Virus record (IMG/VR): IMGVR_UViG_3300028742_000011
DNA: 64,000 bases
Source of the DNA: a virus
Reading direction: 5' to 3' (one strand)
Shown one piece after another: positions 28,113-38,529 of this stretch. Each line of letters begins with the position of its first letter. Position 1 is the stretch's first letter. The translations under genes were made by a program, and so were the position numbers. The notes beneath the pieces were generated by a model. The model had not been told where the DNA came from and did not search any database. It saw nothing but the letters and a program-made list of their open reading frames with translations.

Positions 28113-28979
28113 TTAGAATGTCGGCACGGAGCTACCCATGCTGGATACGTTCACTGACGGTGCCGCCGCGCTGCCCGCTGTCATCCAGTTGCCACCCGAC
28201 AGGGAGTCGGCTACACCTTCACCGGTAAACCCACCCGAGGCTGGGCTGCTGCCGCCGCTGCCCATAAGACTACCTAGACCGCCGCTTACAAGGCTGCCTG
28301 CTACACCGCCGAGAGCACCACTGACCGCCTGCATCCACGAGTTGTTCTGCGTTGCAATCTGGTTGGCAGTACTAGCACTCGCCGCACCCGCACCCGTCGC
28401 CGCGCTGCCCGCCGAAGTCGCCGGGTTGAACGCTTGGTCAGCGCCCGCTAGTCCTTGGACCGCTGCTTGGTAGTTCTGTCGGCCAGTCGCATAGTTGTTC
28501 TCTGTGATCTGTCCGAGTTCGTTGGCCGTATTGTTTGCGCTGGAGACCGCGATGTTCGCGTTGACTCCTGCGTTAGTTCCACTCTGGAGAGCCGCGTTGT
28601 TACCGCCGCCCTGCGCTGCCTCTGCCTCGCCTGCCGCTTCCTTGGCGTTCGTATAAGCTCGACCGTTCTGGGTGATGGCCTGAGAGTTGAGGTCTGATAC
28701 CTCGCCCGCGCTGAAGCCCTGCTGACTTGGCCCTGCGGCCACAGTCGGAGCGAAGGTGCTCTGAAGTTGGTTGAAGACGCTGGAGGCGTTGCCGAAGACT
28801 TGGCTGGCCTGCTGTGTCATCTGCTGGTAAGCGGTCGCCTGCTGTGCCTGCACATTGTTCTGTGCCGAGGTAGCCCCACAAAGGAGTTCGACTGTTCCAG
28901 TGTACTCGAAAGCGTCGAAGGTGTCAAGCTTGTACTGGTGTCCGTCCCAGATGTAGTCAAGTCGTGTGTAAATTTTCAT
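28113..28979 (-). CDS. Hypothetical Gly/Ala/Ser/Asn-rich protein
   Basis: Start set at Met 28979, coupled by ATGA to the upstream gene. The listed ORF extends to 29135. Confidence 0.4.
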   Translation of the reverse strand: MKIYTRLDYIWDGHQYKLDTFDAFEYTGTVELLCGATSAQNNVQAQQATAYQQMTQQASQVFGNASSVFNQLQSTFAPTVAAGPSQQGFSAGEVSDLNSQAITQNGRAYTNAKEAAGEAEAAQGGGNNAALQSGTNAGVNANIAVSSANNTANELGQITENNYATGRQNYQAAVQGLAGADQAFNPATSAGSAATGAGAASASTANQIATQNNSWMQAVSGALGGVAGSLVSGGLGSLMGSGGSSPASGGFTGEGVADSLSGGNWMTAGSAAAPSVNVSSMGSSVPTF

Positions 28980-29362
28980 TAGATGAACTTCCTTAGTTCG
29001 CCTTCGCTCTCGACAAAACCGAAGCGTTTGATGCAGAAAGCTTTGAGCAGTGGGTTGCTCGTGTTGAAGATGACTTCCTTGAACCCGTTCTCTCGCGCCT
29101 TCGCAGCGAGTGGCGGGAAGCCCTCTGTCATGCACTTGATGTTTCTTCGTGCATCATTGTTGTCTAGGAACTGAATGTCGATCCTGAGCGCCGGGGTTCC
29201 TTTGACGAAAAGAATTGGCCCGCTCTCGTCTTCGTAGACTTTTGTGGCTGTGCCGGGTTCAATGAAGAACTCTGGTCCTGTCTCGCTATGATACTCATCC
29301 TGAGACAAGCTCAGCTCTAGCAAGGAAAGATCGCTCTCCTCTAACAGTCTGTCCGTTACCAT
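28979..29362 (-). CDS. Hypothetical protein, possibly acetyltransferase-like
   Basis: Weak resemblance to the GNAT C-terminal fold (GF.E..N...F..KRFGF). Confidence 0.3.
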   Translation of the reverse strand: MVTDRLLEESDLSLLELSLSQDEYHSETGPEFFIEPGTATKVYEDESGPILFVKGTPALRIDIQFLDNNDARRNIKCMTEGFPPLAAKARENGFKEVIFNTSNPLLKAFCIKRFGFVESEGELRKFI

Positions 29363-29407
29363 GATGCCTTTCTAAAATTGCGGGGCGATGTTCTGCCCCT
29401 TGGTTTG

Positions 29408-31810
29408 TTACACGATGCCTGTTATAAGTCCGTTGTGTACGGTCACTGTCTTACTGTCCTGACTAACGAACGTGCCACTTGCGCCTTCGTAGATAGTGCC
29501 TCCTACGTTTGTCCAATACGTGTTGCATTGGAAGTCGCCATCGACTGACCAGCGGCCTAGTGACGGTGACAAGTCCAGTTGCCCAGCGTAAGCCACGCGG
29601 ATGACAGTAACGTCCTCAGGAGTAGGGTTGCCCGCTACGAATGGATTAGCAACGTATATGACAGCAGTGGCTTGCCCAAGGGGTTGAGGTGCATTACTGA
29701 AATACACACCTTGACTGTACGGGCCTTGCATCTGTAGGCAAGCCGGTGCGAACAAAGTGTTAGCGGCTACTCCACCGTTTTGGTAGTACGATACGGGGTT
29801 CTCGTTGATGAGGTTGATGTGGGCTGTATTCCCACCGGCCCATCCACCACCGCCAACGGTGAGTTGTATGCCGGAACTACCGTGACTAGAGTTTGAAGGC
29901 GTTGTCTGCTGTTTGGTAAACCAAGCTGCGGTACCTCCAAATACAGGGTAGTGCGGATTCTCTACTAGGTCTCCTGCTGTCCACGGAACGTTGTTCTGCT
30001 CAATATGACCGGCTGGGTTGTAGTAGTCCGGGTTGCTGACAATCTCTGCGCCGGGGTAAACGGTGAACTCAGCTTCCGCAGAGCCGTCGAATGCCCACTG
30101 TTCGCTGCCAGCTTGGGGCAAGTGGTTGAACTGAATACCACCGCCGACCTGAAGGCCGTAGATGAGATTCACGCCGTCCAAAGAACCGAACGCGTAGTAG
30201 CTCGAACGCATTCCAGAGAAAGCAAGGTTAGCTGCCGAACTAATGTACCCACCAGCAACTCCGCCCTTGAATAACGTAACCAAGAAGTTAGGATTACGCA
30301 GCAAGCACGTTACACGCTGAGTGATATTGGTTCCACTGCCAGTCGTAGTCACGGCTGTCACCACTGACTGTTCTGGATAGTTGCTACCTGCTACTGAGAT
30401 GTGGTCACCTACACTAAAGCCATTGGTGTTCCCGTTGAAGGTTACAAGGGCAACACTGAATGTGCAAGGCACCGGTGAGTCCGTCGTACACTGCTGATTA
30501 GGAATACCAAGCCAGTTGTTCGCACTCTCAAGACCTGCATCTTGCCAGAAGGCAGTACCGCCGATAGCAGGAGTGTTATCTAGGTTTCCATTTCCTGTGG
30601 ACTGGTAAACGTGACCATCAGTGAATAACACAATCTCTCGGTTAGTGTACGTCTCGGCGCTGCTCCAGTTCGGGACAAACTGATACCCGATAGCAGTCGA
30701 TACAGGAAGTGTTCCCGTAGTCGTCGGCATTTGGAAAAAATACGTGCTGGTTGGAGTGCCGTTGATCGTAAACACCACATCGGTAGTAGAGCCTGCACAG
30801 CGAGTCGTACAGATCGGTCGGCTGATGTTCAGCATGAACGCGCCGTCAGTCGTCCAGTTGTTGCCGGACGTTGCTGCGCTCCACACAGGGGCGCGGTCGT
30901 TCACTCCTGTTGAGGAGACAACCGTACCGTGGTAATAGCCGAAGTTCTCATTCAACTCTGACTGCGTACCAGTTACGCCTTCGTCTGACGCCGCTGACAC
31001 ACCGCCGTCCGTGAACACATAGCCATACGTGGCCGCTGTGTCACCGGTTGCGTGCTTATGGATGATGTGCGATATGCTCTGGTGGATTCCTCGCACGCCC
31101 GAGTTGAACTGGGTGACGAAGCCCTTACCTACAGTCCATCCCCCCTCGTTGCCGAGGGAGAAACCAGAACCCTGAATAGTCCCATTCAGCGACAGCACGT
31201 TCCAGTTCTGGAAGTAGTTGTAGTCGCTTATGTTCGGATAGAAAGTGCTCGAAGGGAGCGTTACTGGGTGTTGGAACGGGAAGCCAATGGAAAGTGTTCC
31301 GGCCCAGAAGGAATCATACTGGTCGGATTGGTTAGCATTGTTGAAAGTTGGCGCACTACTGTTAGCTCCGCCCTGAACACTCAAACCATCTGAAGTGTAG
31401 AAGGCAAGCTGATTAGCGGTACCAGCAACTACGCCACCGTCGCCCGGTTCTCCTTGTGGCCCCTGAGCCGCGAACGGTGCCCAAAAAGTTGTATCAGTGG
31501 GCACCTCATCCGTGCTGGCCTGTAGAGCAATAAAGCTTCCGCCGTTATAGAATACGACATCGTTTAGAACGTAAGAGGTACTGCTTGACCACTCACCCTT
31601 TGGAAGAATGTTGACCTGCCCGCCTCCGCCCGGTTCTACATAGGCGGAGATGTGGCCCATGCTATCCGTCTGCCAGTTGATGTTGACCATTCCCTCTGGC
31701 GGGGATGGGAGAGTATCACTCAGGCACGTCTGCCCATACTCGCGCAGAAGACGGTTTAGGTCTTTTGTCGGCTGATACTCAAAGAAGTTCTGATGAAGGG
31801 GAGCGCCCAT
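29408..31810 (-). CDS. Tail fibre / tail spike protein (800 aa)
   Basis: Its N-terminus is paralogous to the 31832..32644 product (LL..GQT.LS.T.P..PEG..N..WQ.D..G.ISAY.E.GGGG). Thr/Gly/Ser-rich beta-type sequence. Confidence 0.5.
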   Translation of the reverse strand: MGAPLHQNFFEYQPTKDLNRLLREYGQTCLSDTLPSPPEGMVNINWQTDSMGHISAYVEPGGGGQVNILPKGEWSSSTSYVLNDVVFYNGGSFIALQASTDEVPTDTTFWAPFAAQGPQGEPGDGGVVAGTANQLAFYTSDGLSVQGGANSSAPTFNNANQSDQYDSFWAGTLSIGFPFQHPVTLPSSTFYPNISDYNYFQNWNVLSLNGTIQGSGFSLGNEGGWTVGKGFVTQFNSGVRGIHQSISHIIHKHATGDTAATYGYVFTDGGVSAASDEGVTGTQSELNENFGYYHGTVVSSTGVNDRAPVWSAATSGNNWTTDGAFMLNISRPICTTRCAGSTTDVVFTINGTPTSTYFFQMPTTTGTLPVSTAIGYQFVPNWSSAETYTNREIVLFTDGHVYQSTGNGNLDNTPAIGGTAFWQDAGLESANNWLGIPNQQCTTDSPVPCTFSVALVTFNGNTNGFSVGDHISVAGSNYPEQSVVTAVTTTGSGTNITQRVTCLLRNPNFLVTLFKGGVAGGYISSAANLAFSGMRSSYYAFGSLDGVNLIYGLQVGGGIQFNHLPQAGSEQWAFDGSAEAEFTVYPGAEIVSNPDYYNPAGHIEQNNVPWTAGDLVENPHYPVFGGTAAWFTKQQTTPSNSSHGSSGIQLTVGGGGWAGGNTAHINLINENPVSYYQNGGVAANTLFAPACLQMQGPYSQGVYFSNAPQPLGQATAVIYVANPFVAGNPTPEDVTVIRVAYAGQLDLSPSLGRWSVDGDFQCNTYWTNVGGTIYEGASGTFVSQDSKTVTVHNGLITGIV

Positions 31811-31831
31811 TTTATTCTCCGATTGCCTTAC

Positions 31832-32644
31832 TTAGTTCGCGTAGTACGGAATCTTTGCGTTCGTACCGTTGATCTGTATATCCAAGTACCCTGCTGGAGT
31901 TGCCGGTAGAGCAGACGCACCACCCGCCGTAGCACTAGTGGAAGTTGAGTTACCGTTCAGGAACAAACCAACATTCAGAGTAAACCCTGTGCTATTTGTG
32001 AAGAACGTCTGGGTAGGTGTGTCAACGCCGTTGGAACTATTGAACGCAAGATACCCGCCCGACTGCCCTGTACCCAGATTGGAGGATGAAAAAAGCTCTA
32101 TAGCGTTACTGCCTTGGGAGAACCAGATAGCACCTATGTTCGAATCAGCAAACGTAGGAGTTCCGGCGTCTGTCAGTGTGATGGCCGATTGTGATATCTC
32201 GACTGCTCCGGAAGCTATGGTAACGACAGGACTGGTGCCACCGATACGGAACTGAAAGTTTCCCTCGTTTAGGGTATCAAAGTAAAAATTAGGGTCTGCG
32301 GGAGACGCTACGAAACCTTGACGTAAACCATTCGCGTTGTTGCCACTAAGCGTTACACTGGCGTAGGTACTCGACGGTATTTGCTCGGCCAGTAAGTTAG
32401 GTACGGCTGTAAAGTTACCGTCCCCGTCAGTCGTCTGAATAGAGTTTACCGGTCCCGACGCAGTGCCACCCCCGCCACCGCCCTCGGTGTAAGCAGAGAT
32501 ATTTCCGAATTGGTCGAACTGCCACGTGACGTTAGTCGCGCCCTCTGGGGCTGCGGGGACTGTGTTGGAGAGTACCGTCTGACCGTTCTGAAGCAAGTAG
32601 TTATTCAGGGTCATAGGGATCGGCTGAAGAATGTTGTTACCCAT
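31832..32644 (-). CDS. Tail fibre protein
   Basis: N-terminus paralogous to the 800-aa fibre. C-terminus INGTNAKIPYYAN shares the K-I-P-Y-Y-A end motif with two other proteins. Confidence 0.5.
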   Translation of the reverse strand: MGNNILQPIPMTLNNYLLQNGQTVLSNTVPAAPEGATNVTWQFDQFGNISAYTEGGGGGGTASGPVNSIQTTDGDGNFTAVPNLLAEQIPSSTYASVTLSGNNANGLRQGFVASPADPNFYFDTLNEGNFQFRIGGTSPVVTIASGAVEISQSAITLTDAGTPTFADSNIGAIWFSQGSNAIELFSSSNLGTGQSGGYLAFNSSNGVDTPTQTFFTNSTGFTLNVGLFLNGNSTSTSATAGGASALPATPAGYLDIQINGTNAKIPYYAN

Positions 32645-32657
32645 TTTGAAATCCTTT

Positions 32658-33446
32658 CTATATGAATCTAAGATACGCCTGTATGATCTGCGTAGTTATC
32701 GTGTTGGGACCATTCCAAGTGAGTGTCACAGTGATCGCGGATGTGGTTGCGATGGTGCTCGTCTGGGCTGGACCGGGAATTACAATACCACCAGAGACCG
32801 TGTTCTGGAACAAGGGAAGTGACACTAGAGAGTTCACGCTTGTCGAGCCGTTATTGTTGACAATACGGAATCCGCCAGAGGCATACCCTGATGTACCAGT
32901 TATACCGTTCCATCCGAGATTGATACTTCCGTTGATAACAAGGTTCCAAAGGTTCGTACCGAATGCGCCAGTACTTCCATCGGCTGTGAATGCAAACTCC
33001 AATCCTTTGCCTACCGGTACTGTGTTAGCCGCGATGGTAAAGCCGATAATGTTTTGTACCGCTCCGGTTCCGGTAAAAACGCTACCGGGTTGGAAGTTAG
33101 TGATAATCGTACTCGCGCCTGTAGGCGTCGGAGCATTGATCGTCACCGTGCCGCCTGATTCCGTCAGGGTGATGTTTGTTCCCTCCTGAAGGTTCAGAAG
33201 AGTTTGTGTGGAGTTGAGTGTGCCATTGGTTTCTAACGTGGGGCCGCCCGCCGCTGGCGCTGCCAGTGATAACGTCCCTTCAGTAGCGTCGTAGGTCAAT
33301 ACCTCTCCGCCCGTGGGGAAGCTGACATCCACCGGTACACCTTGGATGCCTTGGACCGTGACTGTAGAGCTGCCTGCTGTGGAAGCTACGTCGCCCTGTA
33401 GGGGATAGATCGCTGCGCCCCCGCCGCCTACTATTTCACGATTCAT
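32658..33446 (-). CDS. Tail fibre-like protein
   Basis: Gly/Thr-rich beta-rich protein within the fibre cluster. Confidence 0.4.
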   Translation of the reverse strand: MNREIVGGGGAAIYPLQGDVASTAGSSTVTVQGIQGVPVDVSFPTGGEVLTYDATEGTLSLAAPAAGGPTLETNGTLNSTQTLLNLQEGTNITLTESGGTVTINAPTPTGASTIITNFQPGSVFTGTGAVQNIIGFTIAANTVPVGKGLEFAFTADGSTGAFGTNLWNLVINGSINLGWNGITGTSGYASGGFRIVNNNGSTSVNSLVSLPLFQNTVSGGIVIPGPAQTSTIATTSAITVTLTWNGPNTITTQIIQAYLRFI

Positions 33447-34147
33447 TATGCCTCGATTGGAACGTATGTCACGTTCACCGTTACTGGGACTGCCGCGTTG
33501 CTCAGGTTGGTGATGGTGATGTAAGCGTTGGGTGCTTGCGGGCTGTCGCCGTTAGCCCCTATGCGATTCTGGAAGCTCCAACTTAGTGGAGCTGTGTCGA
33601 GAGCTACATCGGTCACGATGCCCTGTGTGCTGCCCGCAGGAGGTGCCGTATCAAGTGCGCGAGACAAGTCTGCAATCTGCTGGAAGTTCGTTCCATACAG
33701 TTCCACACGCGCCGGTACACTCGATGACACGCTAAGAAGTTGGTAGCTGCGCGAGACCGCGAGTGTGCCTTGAAACTGCGCCCCCGGTCCTAGCACTGTG
33801 GTTGTGATCGCAACGTTCTTCGCCACGGTCTGAGCTGGAGGAGGATTGCTTCCCCCGCTCGTCTGTGCGACCGTTGTGACTACTGCGTTACCGCCGCTAC
33901 TGCCGCCCGATATACCATTCACGACTGGTGAAAGGAATCGATTCTGAGGAACCTTACCGCCCTGATAGAACTGACGAAGGCTGTCCGGTGCCGCCTGAAA
34001 GATAGGAGGCAACGGACAACGCATCATCGTGCTCATTACGGGTTCGAGTCCCGTTGTGGGAGGTAAGGATGCTTCTGGACTAGCAGGTCTCTGAGCCGGT
34101 GTGTAACCGGACAAGTTACGATTAGTTGCTTCTGCTATCGTTGGCAT
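33446..34147 (-). CDS. Tail protein (hypothetical)
   Basis: Coupled to both neighbours by ATGA overlaps. Confidence 0.4.
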   Translation of the reverse strand: MPTIAEATNRNLSGYTPAQRPASPEASLPPTTGLEPVMSTMMRCPLPPIFQAAPDSLRQFYQGGKVPQNRFLSPVVNGISGGSSGGNAVVTTVAQTSGGSNPPPAQTVAKNVAITTTVLGPGAQFQGTLAVSRSYQLLSVSSSVPARVELYGTNFQQIADLSRALDTAPPAGSTQGIVTDVALDTAPLSWSFQNRIGANGDSPQAPNAYITITNLSNAAVPVTVNVTYVPIEA

Positions 34148-37100
34148 TAGGCCTCCTGTAGGAACCCTCCATAGATCGTCAGAGCGAGTAACTCATTAGC
34201 AGCCGACTGGACGCCGAAGTCCACATTGACCTGCATGTGGCGACATACCGCTGGTTCTTGTTCATCCGTCAGGTAGAACCTCTGCGCGTTGAGTGACTTA
34301 CTCGGTGCCAACGTCGGAGGATCATTTACGGAGTGCTTCAAGATTTCGAAAGACCCTGTATAGTACGGGACTGCCTCATCGAGAATTACTCCCAGTACGA
34401 GCGGTGTTCCGATTCGCACTGCTTCCGTCGATATGAAACTAACCTCTGCAATTTGTCCGGGCTGCGCCAAGACTGCGGAGCCGAGGACTGCACTGGCCGG
34501 AAACGCTACGCCGTTGTCGGTGTATGCGTTCAGGTCGCGGTGTAGTATCGGGCCGGAACCGGTTGGTCCAAGGAGCAGATTGTGGATGCCGGGTGACACC
34601 TCGATGCTCTGTATGGCTTTGACGCCTCCCACGATGTTAGCGAAAGGACACCACGTATAGCCCGTCTCAGGTGCCGGTGTCGGCATAAGGCGGTACCATC
34701 CAAACTGACCATCTCCAATGTACCATGCTTGGTCCTCACCTGTGACCTGCCATGCCACGTAGACGTTTGCCGGATTCCACGAGACGCCCGGTTGTCCGGT
34801 GTCCAATCGAATCTGATCGCCAATTGGGAATGCAGCGTACGTGATACCAGCAGCCGGGTCGATGATACAGAACTGACTGTCGGTCGTGAAGAAGCCAATG
34901 ATGGAACCGTTGATATCGAGAGCGTTGTAGCTCAAGAGACCGACGCCCTGCATGATCGGTATGCCACTCGTGATCGGGGAAGTTGAGGTGCCGCTTCCTT
35001 GGATCAGGTAAACGTCCGAGACCGTGAAGACCATCAGACCGCTTGTGGTAGGAACGAGTCGCTTGACGAGTGACGGGAAGGTGTCGAAGTTCAAAGGCGG
35101 TGTGCCGTTGACTCCGTTGCCGACCGGTGTATCCGGTCCTGCTGTCCAGTACACGATGTTGCCTATGCTGTACCAGATGCGATTCAGGTGATACGCCAAG
35201 TTGATAGCGCCCGATGCTGGCGGCGTGTTCTCTCCCTCAAGAGGTGCGGAGATAAGGTTGTTCAAGCCGGTGTCCGGTGTCGTGTCAACGTACCCCGATG
35301 TGAGGTAGGTCGAAAGCGGTACCGTGTACGTCTCGTCTCCGGGTCCGGGGATAAGGAAGGGTGTACTCTGTCCATCCGTCGTTCGGAAGATCGCTACGAA
35401 GTCGGCCTGCGGATCAATCATAGATGGGTCGAGTCCTGCACCCGGAGCGAACGTCACACCCGCGAAACCGATGTGGTTGCCCGTGGCCGCTGACAGCGGT
35501 CCAGCATTTGATACCGTGTTGTCCAGCGTGTTGACAAGTGCGATAGCGTACTGCCAGCCGCCATTGAAGGTGCTTAGCGACCCCGGAGGCGGTGACGAAG
35601 ACGGCCCTTGATTGATCCAGATGAGAGGAGGATTATCAAGCGTCAAGCCGTTGAGTGCCGCATTGAATGTCGGTGCTGTCGTCCCGGTGATGCCCGCACG
35701 GAAAGGAGCTTCTGTGTTGCTGGCCGGATCGATGATGGTTGTGTCTGGAAGCGTATAGTTCGTCTTCGCTGTCCAAACGAAGTCTGTGACTGGCCCGATG
35801 TTGCTCCATGTGAACTGACCCGAGGATTCAACCACGGTAGCATACGCGGGCGCGAACGCCGTGCTGAATGCTGGCCATGCGGGTTCGTTCGTGCCGCTCG
35901 TCGGGGTGCCGAAGGGTATAGGGTTGCCGTTGCACGTGACCTGAAGCTGCATACCTGAGTGGAACCAGTATGCGTAATCGATCTCAAAGCCATAGGTGCC
36001 CGCGCTAGGGAAGTTGACCACAAAGTTATTCGTGGAGAACCCACCCGCCTCGAAGCGGTTGTTATTACCGCCGAACACAGGATAGCCCATGTTCAAGGTC
36101 ACTGTCTGGTTAGGGATGATCGGGTTGACATTCGTGCCTGATATAAGCGCAGCGCCGCCGCCGATGCCCCAGAGAATGCCATCGTGTGATGTGATCTGGA
36201 AAGCGTACTGTCCTGCAACAGGAACGTTGAAGGTGCCAAGGATGATGGACTGGAAGTCATGCTGGATCGATGGGAAAGGAACCTGAGTCCCTGTCGTCTC
36301 GCCCGCGCCGTTCAAGTTGTTCCACTGCTCCTGCGCTCCCGAACCTGTCGGGATGCCGGTCATCGACAAGCTTTCCAACGAGGTTGAGCTGGCGATGGCG
36401 CTGCCAGTGGTCACGGGGTTGTAGAGCTGAATCGTACCGGAGATAGACCCCGCGTTGTACAAGTACTGCGAGACATTACCACTGTTGATGTTTACGGTCT
36501 GCCCAGTCGAAAGTTGAAACAGGCTGTTCGTGCCCGCTGCGTTACCGATGACAAAGTGCCCGTCAGCGTACGCGGTGTGAGCTTCCCATACTAGGGAGGC
36601 TGCGGTCTGAATCATAGTCCAGACTGCGGTACCATCCGTGGTCGTGCTCCCAACACTGGTTGCCCATGTCGGAGTTGCCGTACCAGACATACCGACTGTG
36701 GATACCTGCTGAAGATTACCGTTGGTGTCGATGATTACGCCAGCAAGAGAGTACGAGGTGTTGGCTGTCCACGCTACTCGTGACGATCCAACCACGGGTG
36801 TAAGCGTGCCCGTAGGAGCAACAATTCCCCAATTCTCAAGAGGGTTGCCACGATTAGTCCAGACAGTAGTACCATCGGTTGTGAGACCTCCCTGAAAGTT
36901 GTTTCCCTCAGCCGGTACCTGCGGGTTCCATGTGGGCGCGGTGCCCCCGGAGATGCCTGCGGTCGTGAGCTGCTGAATGTTGCCATTAGGGTCGATGAGG
37001 AAGGTAGTGTCGAGCGGGGTGCCGTTGCCGGTCCAGTTCGTGTCGGCTGCCCACACTACGAGAGTCTGAAGCCATTTCTTCTGATCGATACCGTTGCCGA

Positions 37101-37575
37101 AGTAGAGCGTATTCCCTACGCTCTGCATGTACGACTGTCCCGCGTTAGAGCTGGTCTTCGTCCATACAAGGGTCTTTACCCCTTGATACAAAGAGTAGAG
37201 AGCCGAGGTCTGATCGACCATAATCTTGATCTGCTCATCGGTCTGGCTGAAGAGACGGAAGTTATAAAAACTGTCTACGTCATTCCATCCGTTGTTATCG
37301 TAGACAGAGTTGCCATAGCGACGGGCTAGGGTAAGCTTGTTAGTTACCTCTACGTTGACACCCGCTATCAGAGCGTCACCATTGGCACCGTAGAACTTCT
37401 CTACGATACGAGTGGTCGCTGCATCACGCAGAGGACTTCGGTTCGTCCAGATACCGCTGCTCCATCTTCCAGTATATATAGGCGCGAATCTTACCTGCTT
37501 CTGTGGTTGCGCTCCTGCCAATCCGAGTAGGTTGGGCATTGTTACTCCTTGTCTTCTATTTGGGATTGTGCCCAC
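34147..37575 (-). CDS. Large tail protein (1142 aa; tail tube, baseplate or central fibre candidate)
   Basis: Size and position within the tail module. Asn/Thr/Gly-rich. Confidence 0.45.
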   Translation of the reverse strand: MGTIPNRRQGVTMPNLLGLAGAQPQKQVRFAPIYTGRWSSGIWTNRSPLRDAATTRIVEKFYGANGDALIAGVNVEVTNKLTLARRYGNSVYDNNGWNDVDSFYNFRLFSQTDEQIKIMVDQTSALYSLYQGVKTLVWTKTSSNAGQSYMQSVGNTLYFGNGIDQKKWLQTLVVWAADTNWTGNGTPLDTTFLIDPNGNIQQLTTAGISGGTAPTWNPQVPAEGNNFQGGLTTDGTTVWTNRGNPLENWGIVAPTGTLTPVVGSSRVAWTANTSYSLAGVIIDTNGNLQQVSTVGMSGTATPTWATSVGSTTTDGTAVWTMIQTAASLVWEAHTAYADGHFVIGNAAGTNSLFQLSTGQTVNINSGNVSQYLYNAGSISGTIQLYNPVTTGSAIASSTSLESLSMTGIPTGSGAQEQWNNLNGAGETTGTQVPFPSIQHDFQSIILGTFNVPVAGQYAFQITSHDGILWGIGGGAALISGTNVNPIIPNQTVTLNMGYPVFGGNNNRFEAGGFSTNNFVVNFPSAGTYGFEIDYAYWFHSGMQLQVTCNGNPIPFGTPTSGTNEPAWPAFSTAFAPAYATVVESSGQFTWSNIGPVTDFVWTAKTNYTLPDTTIIDPASNTEAPFRAGITGTTAPTFNAALNGLTLDNPPLIWINQGPSSSPPPGSLSTFNGGWQYAIALVNTLDNTVSNAGPLSAATGNHIGFAGVTFAPGAGLDPSMIDPQADFVAIFRTTDGQSTPFLIPGPGDETYTVPLSTYLTSGYVDTTPDTGLNNLISAPLEGENTPPASGAINLAYHLNRIWYSIGNIVYWTAGPDTPVGNGVNGTPPLNFDTFPSLVKRLVPTTSGLMVFTVSDVYLIQGSGTSTSPITSGIPIMQGVGLLSYNALDINGSIIGFFTTDSQFCIIDPAAGITYAAFPIGDQIRLDTGQPGVSWNPANVYVAWQVTGEDQAWYIGDGQFGWYRLMPTPAPETGYTWCPFANIVGGVKAIQSIEVSPGIHNLLLGPTGSGPILHRDLNAYTDNGVAFPASAVLGSAVLAQPGQIAEVSFISTEAVRIGTPLVLGVILDEAVPYYTGSFEILKHSVNDPPTLAPSKSLNAQRFYLTDEQEPAVCRHMQVNVDFGVQSAANELLALTIYGGFLQEA

Positions 37576-38021
37576 TTACCCATAAGAACTAGCTCTTCCA
37601 TAGAGGCGTCATTCTTCATGGCATTAGCCCGCATTGATACGACCTGAACATTGCCCTTTACATAGCCTAGCTCTGGTCGTATCTTATCCAAGCTTGGAGA
37701 ATTAGGAGAACTGACTCCAACACCGCCTATCAGCGGGATTCCAAGAATAGGACAAAACTCTGGGATGACAATATCTTCCCTGTCGAGAGTGAACGGTATA
37801 CCCTTGGACTTAGCGCGGCCTTTTACGTACTGCCACATCCATCGCTCAGGGTGAGCCTTTCTCCATCTACGCTGGGCAGGGCCATGTACGTCTGGGTTGT
37901 AGCCTTTATGCGCGTTTGATTCACATTCTATACACGCCGAACGTTTACCATCACTGCTCCCCGGCCTGTCGTAGAACTTGTCCAGTTCCTTTGGCTTTTT
38001 GCATTTCGAGCAGACCTTCAT
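37542..38021 (-). CDS. HNH endonuclease (zinc-finger plus S-LD(K/R)I..GY..GN.Q.V....N..K type)
   Basis: N-terminal CSKCKK...CIEC. C-terminal PSLDKIRPELGYVKGNVQVVSMRANAMKND is typical of phage HNH homing endonucleases. Confidence 0.6.
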   Translation of the reverse strand: MKVCSKCKKPKELDKFYDRPGSSDGKRSACIECESNAHKGYNPDVHGPAQRRWRKAHPERWMWQYVKGRAKSKGIPFTLDREDIVIPEFCPILGIPLIGGVGVSSPNSPSLDKIRPELGYVKGNVQVVSMRANAMKNDASMEELVLMGKWAQSQIEDKE

Positions 38022-38029
38022 GGTTTCCT

Positions 38030-38521
38030 TTAGACGGCATAGAGAGCTATCTTGTACGACGTGCCGTTGATGAGCACTGGCAAGAACGCCACTGGGTTAG
38101 CGGGCAGCGTCTCAGCTCCACCTGTTGCTGTGGTAGCGAGTGTGGTCCCTGCAATGACGAGCTGCGCTGGTGGTAGCACTGCTATCTGCTGCGGCACCCA
38201 AGTCCCGATGTTGAATGGGGACGGCGTGCTTATGACTTGCTGTGGGTTCGGTCCCCACACGCGCTGGCCGTCCGCGTTGTAGGCCGTCACGTTATAGTAC
38301 GTGTTGGCGGGAAGGAGCACGTCGTTCGGCCATACCTCAGACCCCGCGACAACGTTGCCGCTGCCGTCGAGGTCCACCGTCACCCTGTAACCGGACACGA
38401 CTTGTGTGGTGTCGTTGACCTGTGCGTCTTGGCTCAACTCAAAGATGAGTGAGCCGCCCGCGAGAGCGTTGCCCAAGGCATCCTGAAAAGCTCCGCCTGT
38501 GATTTCGTTGAGTGATGCCAT
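38030..38521 (-). CDS. Tail-fibre-associated protein (163 aa)
   Basis: Paralogous to the 39931..40275 product (V.VDLD.GGNV.GS..W.N..L..NT.Y....YNADGQ.V). Ends INGTSYKIALYAV. Confidence 0.4.
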   Translation of the reverse strand: MASLNEITGGAFQDALGNALAGGSLIFELSQDAQVNDTTQVVSGYRVTVDLDGSGNVVAGSEVWPNDVLLPANTYYNVTAYNADGQRVWGPNPQQVISTPSPFNIGTWVPQQIAVLPPAQLVIAGTTLATTATGGAETLPANPVAFLPVLINGTSYKIALYAV

Positions 38522-38529
38522 GTCGCTCC